A DNA stretch of 64,000 nucleotides from Tubiluchus corallicola (GCA_030141605.1 JAQGDQ010000093.1:590464-654463), one strand, 5' to 3'; numbered from the stretch's first letter, positions 13,110-28,162 are shown. A program made the numbers and translations. Notes: a model not told the origin generated them from the sequence alone.

Positions 13110-14127
13110 AGGTACAGTTTTATTCAAAATAAATCAATACTAACAAGCAAGAAACTATCCCACGAAACAAGGCTGTGACTCTTCAATGCACATGTAACTA
13201 GCATCTTCATGCACAACAGTGAAATTTGGGCTTCCCTGCAACTCAGGAAGCAGAAATGAATGGATTTCACAGAGGCCTACTCAGAAAAATCTTAAAAATA
13301 AAATGGCCATTTCATTTCATATCATTTCAAATGAGCAGCTGTATAACAGAACCAAAAAGAAACTTTGGAGCACTAAAATCAGAATCAGAAGACCAAGATT
13401 GGTAGGACATTTAATGAGATTGCCAGAAACAACATCAGTAAGGTTAGCATTAAACAGAACCAAAGAGGATCTTTGGACCACTAAAATTAGAATCAGAAGA
13501 CTAAGATGGGTAGGGCAATTAATGAGATTGCCAGAAACAACATCAGTAAGATTAGCATTAAACAGAACTAAAGAGGATCTTTGGACCACTAAAATTAGAA
13601 TCAGAAGACTAAGATGGGTAGGACAATTAATGAGATTGCCAGAAACAACATCAGTAAGATTAGCATTAAAAAGAACTAAAGAGGATCTTTGGACCATTAA
13701 AATTGGAATCAGAAGACGACTAAGATGGGTAGGACAATTAATGAGATTGCCAGAAACAACATCAGTAAGATTAGCATTAAACAGAACCAAAGAGGATCTT
13801 TGGACCGCTAAAATTAGAATCAGAAGACTAAGATGGGTAGGACATTTAATGAGGTTGCCAGAAATACACCAGTAAGATTAGCATTAAACGAGGCACTGAA
13901 ACCTGCTAAACGACCTTCAGGCAAAACCAAAAGAACTTGGATATCAAGAATTAATAAAGATTTACAACACCTGAGATGAAACCTAACAATAGCATCACAG
14001 GAATTGAAAATTTTAGCTGCAGACAGGAAACAGTGGAGTGCTCTAATAAAGGTTAGAGGGTCAATGTGTACAATAGATGATTAGAGCAACAGAAAAAAGA
14101 AGAAAAAGAAGAAGAAGAAGAAGAAAA
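13110..14127 (+). mobile_element. 5'-truncated RTE-like non-LTR retrotransposon 3' end with internal 5 x 108-bp tandem repeat (13345-13886)
   Basis: Motifs SIFMHNSEIW, LLRKILKIKWP, RRLRWVGHLMR, KRPSGKTKRTW, AADRKQW; (AAG)n tail 14095-14125; stops and frameshifts. Confidence 0.9.
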
Positions 14128-14737
14128 TAAGCAACTTTTTCAACGCCTTCATAGGGATCGTTTTGCTGTTGGCTGCTTTATGGTGACTTCATCTTTGTGG
14201 CAACTGATCAAAATTCGAAGGCGGTCAGAAAGATATTGCAGTCGTATTTATTCAGTCAAGTACTTTGCTGTGTCATTGTGAAATAACTACTCCACCCCGA
14301 GGGTAATTTGAAAACCAGTGGCGGTTTAAGGACAATAAGGGGAATCTTCGAAAATTCACATTTCACCGTTTTCTTGACGATACATGTTTGACGTCTGCCG
14401 TACTTTACGAATCGGGTTACAAAAATTATTCACTTCTGGTCTGCTACCTTTTCAACGTTTTTTCTGCCATCTCACCGCTTTTTCAACGTCGGACCAAATG
14501 GTTTTGGATGCGGATAGAATAGCTTACCGAGAGTAAAATGCTTGAAGTGCTTCTGGCAAGAGTTACGATGTTTTTGTTACTGCAACGTATAAAAAATTGA
14601 AGTCAAAATGGAAAAGAGTAAACACGCAGCTGAGTTGGGAGTCTTATAAGTAATGAAAAGCTTTTATTGAGGTTACAACTTACAACTTACAATTTACAAC
14701 CATTCTTGCAACTTTAAATTTCAATTCCGTCTCTTAA

Positions 14738-15390
14738 AGTAAAACCGGATCCAATCTTAAACTGTAGGTCAAAACGATCTACTCGTTAAAATATTGAAAG
14801 GAAACACTATTTTTTCAAAAATGACTTACGTGAAAGAATTATTACCACACAAACACAATTTCACATTCGAGCCGCTAGTTCTTCACTGTTACATGCATTT
14901 CGTTATTCGCTAGTTAGACGGGCACCAGCTCCTACATTTCGGCAACACATTGCCCAAAAAACAGGTGCTGTACTTCCCAGTTAAATGGATTAGCTTGTGA
15001 CGAACTACACACGTTCGACAGCTCATGTGTGAGCACAGCGGTAACCTTTCGTTTCTTTTTCTTCATTCTCTTTTCTTCTTCTCCTCTCCATTTTTTATTA
15101 TCCTTTTCCTCTATTCCTCTGCCTTCGCTCTCATTTGCTTTTTGCTCGCTATTTGCCTCTACCATTTCTTTTTCTGTCCCAATTTTCTTCCTTTCTGCTG
15201 TACCTCTCAGTTCAGATATGTTAGTTTGTGACAAACTGCACACGTTCGACAGCTCATGTGTAAGCACAGCGGTAAATTTAAAATTGGAATTTTTGCCTTA
15301 AAACTTGCCTAGTTTTAGTACAACATACTGAATATCTTACAGTAGCACTGTACTTCAATTTTCGCTTTCGCAAACGCGTGCAACGCCCTC
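14738..15390 (-). mobile_element. Family C copy with internal duplication and pyrimidine-rich insert
   Basis: ttaa|AGTAAAACCGGATCC start; reverse complement of 3600-3963; ~80-bp segment repeated at ~14965-15044 and ~15196-15275. Confidence 0.8.
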
Positions 15391-15429
15391 CTAACTACAA
15401 CCGTTACGTGACATGTAGGTAAAGCAAAG

Positions 15430-15642
15430 CCGTCTGCTGTATCAGTTCAGTAACTTCAGTTGTTTTACGTGAACTTTAGTTAAATATGCATTAGTCTGTG
15501 CTGGCTCTTGCTTGGGAACAAGAAAAATGAACCAGGCAAAGTTCTTGCTAGCTGTTAAAACTGTTACTAGTACAACACAGAAAAGTGCACAGAAATGTGT
15601 TGTCTGGTACACTTAACCTTTGACATTTCCACGATCATCGTC
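15430..15642 (+). repeat. Interspersed repeat, inverted second copy at ~42787-43015
   Basis: cagttcagtaacttcagttgtt...ctggctcttgcttgggaacaagaaaaatgaac matches reverse complement. Confidence 0.8.
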
Positions 15643-15699
15643 TAGAACTGTGAATAGGCTTATTAATAAGATTATTTTTTGTAATTAATTCACAGCCTA

Positions 15700-16095
15700 T
15701 CAACTATTTGTAATCATATTTCTGGATATAAACATTTGAAATGTACTAGCCTCTTGCTGTGTTCACTGTCTACTTCCATTTCTGTTATTCTGGCGAATTT
15801 CTCATTCACGTTGGGGTAATTGCCTCGTCAAAATGCAACACGGTTTCCAATTTCTTTGACTTCCATTTCAAAACTCGCAGGAAAGTGTATCAACCGGAGA
15901 AATTCGTCTAGCTGTTCAAGCGTGAACTCGCTCTCTTTCTGGCTTCTTTGCTTGGCTTCTCATGGCTGTTCCGTCGATAAGCTGACCAACTAATGCTTGG
16001 TATGCTGATGTTTGACAGGAATTTTTCATATGGACTCAGGTAGAGGTGCGTATGTCAGCAATTTGAAATGATAATTTTTAATGCATAGGGGTCGG
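15700..16095 (-). pseudogene. Possible decayed DDE transposase fragment (Kolobok/Mutator-like)
   Basis: Frame reads HTHLYLSPYEKFLSNISIPSISWSAYRR, resembling the GxxYxxxxxFLxxxxIPxxSxxxY segment of these transposases; stops present. Confidence 0.25.
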
Positions 16096-16107
16096 CCAGA
16101 AAAAAGT

Positions 16108-16488
<381 letters not shown>

Positions 16489-16888
16489 GCTTTCCAACCT
16501 TCACAAAGCAATTATAGAATTCATAATCAGAATATACCTCAACAATGACACGCCAATAATAATCGTAATGATCGAGTTCTAGCTCTAATGACAATCTATA
16601 CATTATTAATGGCGGTACAAATGACTCATTTAGTAAGCGTTCTATCGGTTGAATGGTCATTGGTACTCCCCTCAAGTTGTCTGACCATCTGCTGACCAAT
16701 ATACATATCATTAATAAGCAAAACGGTCACGAGGGTGTGCAGATTACGGTACTTAGCAGTCGTTCTTCTGCACACGCTAACGGTTAGGGAGCTGTTGTTA
16801 TTTTGTACGGTGGAGTGGTTTCTTTTCATGTAATATTTTAATCATTTGGTTTAATTTAGTTTGTAAATTTATTTAAGCAGCTATTTAT

Positions 16889-16932
<44 letters not shown>

Positions 16933-16952
16933 GATGATGATGATGGTGATGG

Positions 16953-17001
<49 letters not shown>

Positions 17002-17016
17002 AATGGTGATGGTTAC

Positions 17017-17061
<45 letters not shown>

Positions 17062-17161
17062 AATGATAATGGTGATGGTGATGGTTAAGATGATGACGAT
17101 GATGGTGATGATGGTGATGATTATGATTATGATGACGATGATGATGATGATGATGATGATG
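16889..17161. repeat. (GTT)n then (GAT/GGT)n array
   Basis: Direct reading. Confidence 0.95.
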
Positions 17162-17734
17162 AATGCTGGTGAGCCGTAACCTGCCTAGTTGACAAAACTT
17201 CTCTGGCGAGATTAGGAACAGACCATCTTATGAAATACAAGCTGTAAGCTAATTCCTTATTTGGAGTAGCAGAGGGCTTGATTGGGGCAATAATTATTTA
17301 GAATGGAGGCACGAAATTCTTATACGCACGCAACGCAGACAGCGTACTATTTATAAAAAACCTTTTTAATAAAGAATTGTCATTAACTTTTCTTTTTCAA
17401 GAATCTTAGTAATGTAAATAACGCCTCGGAACAAAACGCCACAGACCACATGTTGCTAAATCGGCCAGTTCGTTCAGTAATTGACTGGTCAAATTATCCA
17501 ATTTGGTCCTCAAACAGCTAACAACTCATAGGGCGAGCCTGAGTCTTTGTACCATTTGTCTAATTTGGCAGATGTATTTAGAGGAGTATGATTTGATTGG
17601 GCTACTATTATTGGACGTTTACTATCGATTAAGCAATAATTTGTCTACATGACGATTATTCAGTTTATTAGCAGTGATATTCTGTATGCTTTTGACCTCT
17701 GTTCTTCATGGTATGAAACTAATTAGAGAATATG

Positions 17735-18129
<395 letters not shown>

Positions 18130-18234
18130 CTCATTTTGGTTACTTTCCATTTTACTTTGAGGTGTTGCTTAGTCTAGTGACGTAAAACATGAACTCCAGA
18201 AAAAAATCCCACATCTAATTATGTTTTACTTGAC

Positions 18235-18400
18235 AGATGGTCAACGTAAATGACCACTGGTAATCAAGCAACCACTCATTGAAACACTTAACACTTTCAT
18301 CAGTCGACGCGATATCCACTCCCCAAGGAATGTCGAGTAATTCATCACTGATTAACTGGGCTTCTTTGGGGTGATCACCCAAACCGCAGAAAAGGGCAAA
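18235..18400 (-). pseudogene. Possible CR1/L2-type ORF2 linker remnant
   Basis: DELLDIPWGVDIASTDESVKCFNEWLL resembles the post-endonuclease LxxxxW...D.....F motif. Confidence 0.3.
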
Positions 18401-18673
18401 ATAAGCAATTTCAACAATTATATTAATATGTACAAAAACCGTGTTAAAAGTTCCGATCAAGTCAGGGCTTTTTGCCACAATCAACGTTTTTTGGAGAATG
18501 TGTCAAATTTTGTTTCATTCCCCAAATTCGCATTCAATCATAAGTGGAAAATATAATTATAAACATGTTGGTCAATTGGCCTGTCAGTCAGTCAGCGTGC
18601 CGATGGGTGTAGTTGCTTGGGTGAGTGGGCGAGTGACTGAGAGAGTGACTGAATTAGTCAGTTATTCACTCAA

Positions 18674-19240
18674 TCAGTCAGTCAGTCAGTCAGTCAGTCA
18701 GTCAGTCAGTCAGTCAGTCAGTCAGTCAGTCAGTCAGTCAGTCAGTCAGTCAGTCAGTCAGTCAGTCAGTCAGTCAGTCAGTCAGTCAGTCAGTCAGTCA
18801 GTCAGTCAGTCAGTCAGTCAGTCAGTCAGTCAGTCAGTCAGTCAGTCAGTCAGTCAGTCAGTCAGTCAGTCAGTCAGTCAGTCAGTCAGTCAGTCTCAGT
18901 CAGTCAGTCAGTCAGTCAGTCAGTCAGTCAGTCAGTCAGTCTCAGTCAGTCAGTCAGTCAGTCAGTCAGTCAGTCAGTCAGTCAGTCAGTCAGTCAGTCA
19001 GTCAGTCAGTCAGTCAGTCATTCAGTCAGTCAGTCAGTCAGTCAGTCAGTCAGTCAGTCAGTCAGTCAGTCAGCCAGCCAGTTTCTTAGTCTGCTAGTCA
19101 ATCAGTCAGTCAGTCGGTCGGTCGGTCGGTCGGTCGGTCGGTCGGTCGGTCGGTCAGTCAGTCAGTCAGTCAGCCAGTTTCTTAGTCTGCTAGCCAGTCA
19201 ATCAGTCATTTAGTTAGTTAGTCAATCAATCAGTCAGTCA
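18674..19240. repeat. (GTCA)n array grading into (GTCG)n
   Basis: Direct reading; cagccagtttcttagtctgctag duplicated inside. Confidence 0.95.
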
Positions 19241-19822
19241 GAAAGTCAAACAGCTAGCCAATCAATCTACCATCTAACACTTTAAACAGCAGATATCTTC
19301 GACTCTGGGACAGTCTCACATCCCCTTCGGTTCTCTCTGCTGAAACCCTGGAAGCAGTAGCGGATGCTGAGTGTCATTTCTACATCAAATATCACCGCAC
19401 TTTAGGATGTATGCCTAACTGTGTCGTATTATAAACATTCCTTGTTGACTTTATTCCATGCAGATTCATGCTTGTGGTCTCTTTAAACACACTGGTGTCG
19501 CTAAGCTATGGAATTGTTCAAGAGCTTGTGAGAATAACATCTTTTGAAACACTTACCCTGAGGCTGAGGAGCAATACCTGCGGTGAAACTTACGCTCTCG
19601 TAGTGCGAATAGTGCTTTTATAAATTTTTAAAACTGATTATTTTATCGAAGACGTTTTGGGGCTGACAGATTCGGTACATTGTGATTGTAAACACGTTTT
19701 TTTCGGACAGTATTTCAGTTCGGATTGTCTCGTGGATGATACAGAATTGGTAAGCTGTGTTTTATTTCTTGCATTGCTAGACGGTTAACTTACTTGTATG
19801 CAGTTAAGAATGAAAGAAAGAA

Positions 19823-19827
<5 letters not shown>

Positions 19828-19902
<75 letters not shown>
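19828..19902. repeat. (GA)n microsatellite
   Basis: Direct reading. Confidence 0.98.
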
Positions 19903-19904
<2 letters not shown>

Positions 19905-20039
19905 TGGTGCAGAAAAGGAGAAGGTATTAGAGGAGAAGAGGAGAGACACGGCGCAGAAGAGGTGCAAGGGTGACGGGGCCGATTTCCTTAGATTTCTCTC
20001 GTCGTAGCCTCTGTTTGCTGCTGGACATTTTTACCCTAG

Positions 20040-20300
20040 ACATTTCTAGATGGATGCAGAATAGCTGCTTGTAAATATAGTTTCTCCTCGGGCTTCTTAT
20101 CTATGGAATTCTTTGACAGAAAATTGCTTAATTTCAACCTCACACGCTGCAAGAAGAATGTGAAAGCAAGTAAATTAATTATATTTTTCTCGGGCTTCTT
20201 ATCTATGTAATTCTAGAAATTCCATTTACATGTGTTCATATCTTCCCATTATTGCTGTAGCCACTTACGCTGAGTGACCATTGGACTTAATTAAAGCACA
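20040..20300 (+). pseudogene. Possible CR1/L2-like 3'-end remnant
   Basis: PRASYLWNSL matches the CR1-type C-terminal xxWNxL motif; a similar remnant LRLWDSL..AETLEA lies at ~19295-19355. Confidence 0.35.
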
Positions 20301-20309
20301 AAAGAACAC

Positions 20310-20778
20310 TTTTTTCATAAATAAAACTTATCAAATTCGTCTTGAAACTACATCATTTACATGCAGTCTTATTGCGCACAGAGCTTGTATTAGCAGTAAC
20401 GTTGTACAAAACATGTAAATTTAAACTCCCACGATGACCGTTAGGCGCAGCGGTTTGTCGGTAGGTCATTTCAAACAAGTTTAGATAACATTCAGTAAAG
20501 TTTGAAAAAATAATCAGAGCATTCATAGCGTACGCACGTCACTAAGTAAGTAAAGTTTGAATTACTTTATATTGTCAATAAGATCAATAATGTTGTTTTT
20601 GGTGAATCAGTGGTGCACACTGGGAAGGTGATACGGTGACGCTTTACCAAATATCTTATTAAGAATTTTTTTGCTATTAGATTAATCTTTCAAACAGGTA
20701 AGCGTAATTTTCACTAATATAACATGGCATGGAAAGCTTATTTGGTATATAGTTTGAAATACCCTTTCTTCCCCTTTA
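20310..20778 (-). mobile_element. Family A copy (partial)
   Basis: Reverse-complement match over ~450 bp. Confidence 0.8.
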
Positions 20779-21339
20779 ATTATTCAGATCGGTTTGTATA
20801 AAGAACTTTCCTCCCCCCCCAACAAAATGGGTTCGTCTGAAAAGCGGAAGTACCATTTATCCGCTTCATTCGCGTGTACACACACAGCAGAACCAACTTT
20901 GATGTTATTAACCGAAAACTCCTCTTCAATTTTCCATTTTTCTGCTCAGGCTCTTCTGCTTAGCAACAGCACTCCCCACAAATCACCTGACCAGGCTGAG
21001 TGAACGTGGATTTTGTATAACAAAGGCTTCGTTTTTCGATAAACGACGCAAATTACGGTATAATTAACTGCCGCGTAATGAGATTGACAAGAAAATAAAT
21101 AATGTCAGCTAATTAGTAAGATTTTTATGATTTAATTTTCGTGTTAATGTAATTTACCTGTTTGTCAGCAGCTTGCGGTGATTAAATTAAATTGAAGCCG
21201 GTGAAAATGCAGTGCAATAAATGGCTTCATATATAAATGCTCCGTGTTTATTCGAATCACGTGAGCGCAAATCTTATTATTTTTGAAGGTTTTATAAATA
21301 TCTTTTGCTAAGAAAGTTGTCTGTATGTCGCTTAATTCT

Positions 21340-21626
21340 CTGTCTCCCTCAATGCTTTCTCTCTCTCCTCCTCCCCCTCTCTCTTCTTTTCTCTCTCTCT
21401 CTCTCTCTCTCTCTCCCTCCTCCCCCTCTTCTTTTTTCCCTCTCTTTTTGTCTCGCTCTTTCTTTCTCTCTCTTTCTTTCTCTCAGTCACTCTCTCTCTC
21501 TCACTCTCTCTCTTTTTCTCTCTTTCTCCCTGTCTCTCTTTCTTTCTCTTTTTCTCTTTCTCTCTGTTTCTCTCTGTCTCTCTTTCTCTGTTTTTCTCAC
21601 TCTCTCTCTCTCTGTCTTTCTGTCTG

Positions 21627-21724
<98 letters not shown>

Positions 21725-21905
21725 CTCTGTCTCTTTCTCTGTCTGTCTCTCTGTATCGGCCCTTGTTTCTCTCTCGCTTCGTCATCGCTTCATTCCTACT
21801 AGGTTCGTGGTCTCTTCTTTGTGCTTTTCTCCCCCCTTTCTTCATTCGTTTCTTTCTTCTTTTCCCTATAGTACGATGGATGAGCACTACAGGTCACACC
21901 GACAC
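21340..21905 (+). repeat. (CT)n tract plus ~150-bp segment repeated at 23425-23570
   Basis: catcgcttca...actaggttcgt...ttcttcattcgtttctttcttctttt...acaggtcacaccgac in both places. Confidence 0.8.
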
Positions 21906-22675
21906 TATTGATGATAATGACTATGGTAATGATTGCATTGGTGATGAAGTATTGGTAATAGTATAATATTAACTGCTAATAGCAACAGCTTTAATAATGA
22001 AAAATACTATATTGCTGCCCTCAACGTATGTTATTCTAATATTGCTTCTGGGTTCAAAAAATTACAGTGTCTATGCTGCAACATTTCAAATATTGAGCTC
22101 GTGGATCCGCATTCATTCACAATTTCTTCTTCTTCACGCCATTTCGTCTCACAACGGCCGCTATCACATTCCCACCATCTTCGCCTTTGATAGCAGACCA
22201 ATTCTCAACGCAACAATAGTTGTTTACTTTGTATAACCCACTAAAATAAACAGCTCTTGTACACAAGACGAATGCCAATGTGTTTATTTATAACTAACAT
22301 TAATTAATGAGTGGCCAGGTCAATATGAGCACTTCGACTACTTAGTTACCATTGATAATGATGAGCTTCAATAATGAGCTGCGTAAGAGCAGCATAGAGG
22401 AGGCAGCAGCTGACCCGCCGCTTCTCCCAGCTTCCCTAATTTGCATCATTAGCGGGTGATGCTGTGTCAGGCTTCGCACCTGTGTTCTTTCCCAGACTTG
22501 TAATTAACCTGAGCAAGTTGAAGCGGGGCGTGTCCAGGTCTGGTTTGGGAGCGGATCATCTACAAAACGCAGGTGTTTTTTATTACTTTTCTTTTTCTTA
22601 GTTAGAAGCTATAAAAATCAGCAGTTTTTCATTGTTGTCATCATCACTGTAGATGATTTCATGTTTCTTGATGTT

Positions 22676-23424
<749 letters not shown>

Positions 23425-23789
23425 TATTTCGCCCCTCCTTTTTCTCTCTTCCTTCATCATCGCTTCACTCCAACTAGGTTCGTCGTCTCTTCTTTTCTCT
23501 TCCCCTTTCTTCATTCGTTTCTTTCTTCTTTTCTGCAACACGATGGCTGAGCACAACAGGTCACACCGACGCGGATTTAAAATTCTACATAATTTTAACA
23601 GAAAATCAATGCTGCTTTTTTCAACGTCCATTTTGTTCAACGAACTTGGTCTGTTTGCTGTTTCGGTTTGTTACAGTCGATACTGCTAGTGGAACAGAAC
23701 GCTACTTCCGTCTCTAAATGCTCTTATTTTCTATCCATTTACCTTCGTATTTTACCCGATTTCCAGTCTGCTTATCCAAAGAAAATTCA

Positions 23790-23990
23790 TAGTTGGGCGA
23801 ATCCATGACGGTGGTACAGAACTTCCCTTTTGTGGTGTTGCAGATCACCGAAAATAAACCTGTTTAAAAACTCTTATAACTATGCCTGTACTTTTTGCAT
23901 AATTTGGTCTTTTTCGTTCTTTGTTTGGCTTAGCTGTAAAAATGGCTGATTTCCCTGCGCCCCCGGTTCGGAGACCTGGATCCGCCACTG
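23790..23990. mobile_element. Short hAT-like MITE remnant
   Basis: Right end cctggatccgccactg (CAGTGGCGGATCCAGG-type TIR); degenerate left end gggcgaatcca. Confidence 0.45.
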
Positions 23991-24253
23991 AGATTTGCTG
24001 CAATTTCTTGCTCATACAACAATCAATGCGTGTATAACTTATGTAGATTTGAAGTATGTTGATTCTGCCGCGGAAAATTTTCCTTCTGAAAAGTTTTCCT
24101 CTCAAAAACGAGCGCAGAATCCACTATTTGCAAAAAGCCGCGGGGATGAAGCAAAATACATCCAGAATTGGAAACAAGCTGGAAAATTTCCCGTAATGTC
24201 GTACGCATCGGGTTAACGGCGCTTGTTACGATCATCTAACAAGCTCAGGGAGG

Positions 24254-24855
24254 CAGAGATGGGCGGATAGGGGATTTGCGGATTGCGGATTTGCGATTAA
24301 GGATTGTGAATTAAGATGCGGATTTTTAAATCCTAAACCGCGTGTAAAGTAAATTTTCAAGTGTTTGCGCAAAAAGTTTACCCAATTTCAGTTTGTTAAG
24401 CATTCCCTTGTGTGTAGAAAGGCTTTTTGCCACACTAAACGACTTTATCACTCCTCACTCCTGTTTTTGCTGTTTCCTGATATTTTACCCGGAAATTCCC
24501 AGGCACAATACATTTATAATTACAAATGTTATAGTTTTTACTCGAGCCTATTATAGTTTGTGGTGTGATGGGCATGATATGGTCAAGTGATGTATTAGTA
24601 CATCGTGCTGCGTGAGTTGTCGTTGAGGGTCTACAAGCAAAATTAGGGTGTGGCTAGCAATCTATACAAAGAAACGATTTTTAGTTATAGGGCAACATAG
24701 CAAACCTAGTTAATTTGCTGCTTACGTTTTTACGGATTGGGGATACAATGATGTTCACATTTCACAAAATCCGCGGATTTTGCGGATGCGAATATTTACA
24801 GTTGCAGATTTTGCGGTTGCAGATAAACTAGAAAATGATATCCGCCCGTCCTTGC
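24254..24855 (+). mobile_element. MITE family D with GCGGAT subterminal repeats (hAT-like); inverted copy at ~50079-50703
   Basis: cagagatgggcggata...tatccgcccgtccttg termini; internal ttttcaagtgtttgcgcaaaaagtttacc and gagcctattatagtttgtggtgtg shared. Confidence 0.8.
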
Positions 24856-25371
24856 AGGGATGGACGTGAGGGGGAAGCACGTCGGATTAATCCGGATTAA
24901 GGTGGGGATTAAGATTGTGATTGTAATAGAGTGTAAGTAATGGATGAGCTCTATGCTGTCTGCCCTGATATTAGCAACAGTCTGTTGAATAGTACTGAAA
25001 TCAAGTGGCGTCTCTAGAATCTGGGGGTGCAAGAATTTTTAGAACATAAATGTGTTAAAGCATCATTTCTTCTGTTAGAGTAATAAATCCGCTTTATAGG
25101 TGGCGCTAGTGCAATAGAACTCTAGGTTATGTTCAGCAGTACAATTCAAGCAAGAACTAAAAGTAACATGACAGACGCGTGGCTCGAAAGAGTAATTTAA
25201 AACAAAAATTTTTGCATAACGAGAATCTATAGAAAGTAGATTATAATTGGAATTGACCTCTTGAAGACGTAAATTTTAAATATGACACCCATTGCTGGGA
25301 AGATAAGTTTTAAGGATGTATTATCACTTATTCAGTTTAATGAAAGAATATCTTGTTAAGCGTTTGATTAA

Positions 25372-26054
25372 AAGGGGAAAACAGCACGATTTTTCATATC
25401 CTACCCCATTTTGAAGTACGGTAAAAAGTATACATTTTAATTCCTATAATAATGCCAAAGCGTTTCTGATAATTAAATAATAGATTAAAAATCTAATTCA
25501 TAGCGGACGAGCCCAGCTAGTAATGGCGTCACAAACTAACATAATTTTCTATAGCGAAAATATTCCACGAGCGTGTTTCACGTGTTTGCGAAAGCGAAAA
25601 TTGTCGTTTTTTCAAAGCAAAACCGGACTCAATCTTAAACTGCAGGTTAAAACAATCCATCCTTTAAAACATTTAAAGGAAACACACAACGTTTTTCAAA
25701 AATATCAAAGAATTATTACCACACAAACACAATTTCACGTTCGCGCCACTAGTTCTTCGTTGATAAAAAGTTGCCTAGTTTCAGTACAACACACGGAATA
25801 TCTTACAGTAGCACTGTACTTCAATTTTCACTTTCGCAAACACGTCCAACACGCTCATGGAATATTTTTGCTATTGAAAATCGGGTTAGTTTGTGATGTC
25901 TGTCATCAATAACTGGGCTCGCTCGCCGTTAATTAAGTTTTTAATACATTATTTAATTATCAGAAACGCTTTCGCAATATTAATTGAGTTAAAATGTATA
26001 CTTTTTATCAGACTTGAAAATGGGGAAGTATATGAAAAATCATCCTGTGTTTCT
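25372..26054. mobile_element. Rearranged family C element with two left ends in inverted orientation
   Basis: 25372-25605 forward left end, 25613-25760 reverse right end, 25770-26054 reverse left end; TTAA on both outer flanks. Confidence 0.75.
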
Positions 26055-26894
26055 TTAAGCTTTCTCTCTCCCGTTTTTTCATCATCTAGTCAATCGTTTA
26101 TTTGAAATGACAACAATGTTGGGTCGTCTGGAAGGCTGTTTCCGAGCACCCTTTACCCGCCAAATGTTGTGATTAATTTGCCTGTCACACCGAATTACAG
26201 CTGATGAAATGACAGAGACAGAGAAGACACGCAAAAAAGGGGTTAAATGCGTGGATGACGGTTGTGATGTTGTAAATCCGGTAGCCATTGTGTATTGTAA
26301 ATCTGGATCTTGAGTTTAAACTGCGATTTCTGACGAAAATGTGTAGCATATGGACAATGATATAGAATATAGATACCATTACCTATTGATGAAATTGCTA
26401 TAGAAGAAAAATTGCTAAAACGTTCAGCAGATGGCTCTGGTGGAAAATTGACTTTTCTAGAAGTGTAAATCAAACCGTCTAGAAGCAATTATTGAAGTGG
26501 TCGCCTATCAATTTACCGACGAGACTTGGTGCTTCTTAGTTTTGCAAATAAATATAAATGCTGACCACTCAGTTATTTTATCTTCTCTCTGTAAAATGTT
26601 GTTAGTGAACTAAAATTCGTCATTACTCAGTAGTATTTGCAATTTGTCAGTAATACGTAATTTTTAAAAACATTTATTAAGACTTAAGTCGAATTATGAT
26701 AGAAAGCCATGCTAGAATTGCTAACGAAAACAAAATTATTACGAAGGCGCAATAATTGATCGATCTAGAATTTGATCGAAAGACATAGATATACACCCTT
26801 CACCTTACATGTTCTGAAAGGAAAAGAATAGAAAAAGCAATTTCACTTTTAACTGAACTCAACATTATGGCAATATTGTTGCGTGCTTGCTTAC

Positions 26895-27332
<438 letters not shown>

Positions 27333-27676
27333 TTGCTTATTGTGTAGAAAACTTGAAAATGATCAATGACTTTTAGTAGCAACCATCTTTTGCATTCCTG
27401 ACCCTTGCTTTCAATTTCCTAGCTAATTTACTCTGACAATTACCAGATTATTGCTTTTAAGTAACTCATCATCATCACCGTCTTATCTGCCATTGTCATC
27501 AGTGCACCACCTGCCGGGCATTATAGAAATTGTCTTCATCCATGTCGAACCAACAATCATAACAATATCTGACGTAACAATGGCGGGCTCGTTCTAGACG
27601 GGTGGAAAACACAATGGAAAAGTGGTGTTCGTTGTAATCCTAGTATAATCTTTTGCATAATCTGTGGGGTCGTGTG

Positions 27677-28162
27677 CAATGGCGGGTCGTGTACAGGTAC
27701 TGTGGTACTGCAGCACCCCCTGTTTTCACTCGTTATTATCGATAACATTCAATATGATCTTAAGTTCATTTTTCTTAAGTTCTTTTTTATACTTGTGCGA
27801 GACCGGAGTATGTGAGGGTTGCACTGTTTGCTTCACAGCCCAAACAACGTGGTGTTTGGCTGTTGTGCGCATGCGGCCCATGCGCACGTCTGAAACAACA
27901 GGCTGTACGCTAGCGACTGTTGCTAGGTAGAAAAGTACTGCCTCTATCACAGTCACATTTGGCACGTGCTTACCGTGTACCGTCATATTCTTGGATGTCA
28001 TAAAATTGCAGTTATGAAAAGAGGCCGTTCAACACCTAGTCTTCAAATATAACTACAACATTAAAGTTACACATGTTTGTTACGTTTTACACAGCGTTTA
28101 AATAATGGCTAAGAAATTTCTGAAGCAGCACCCCCACATATTTTAGCTACGAGCCGCCCCTG
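27677..28162 (+). mobile_element. hAT-like MITE family H, copy 1
   Basis: caatggcgggtcgtg...ctacgagccgcccctg termini; inverted homolog 32102-32642. Confidence 0.75.

Noticed and set aside
13219-13875. 218-aa ORF as a host gene
   Set aside because: It is the duplicated part of a broken RTE-like ORF2 with flanking stops, frameshifts and an (AAG)n tail
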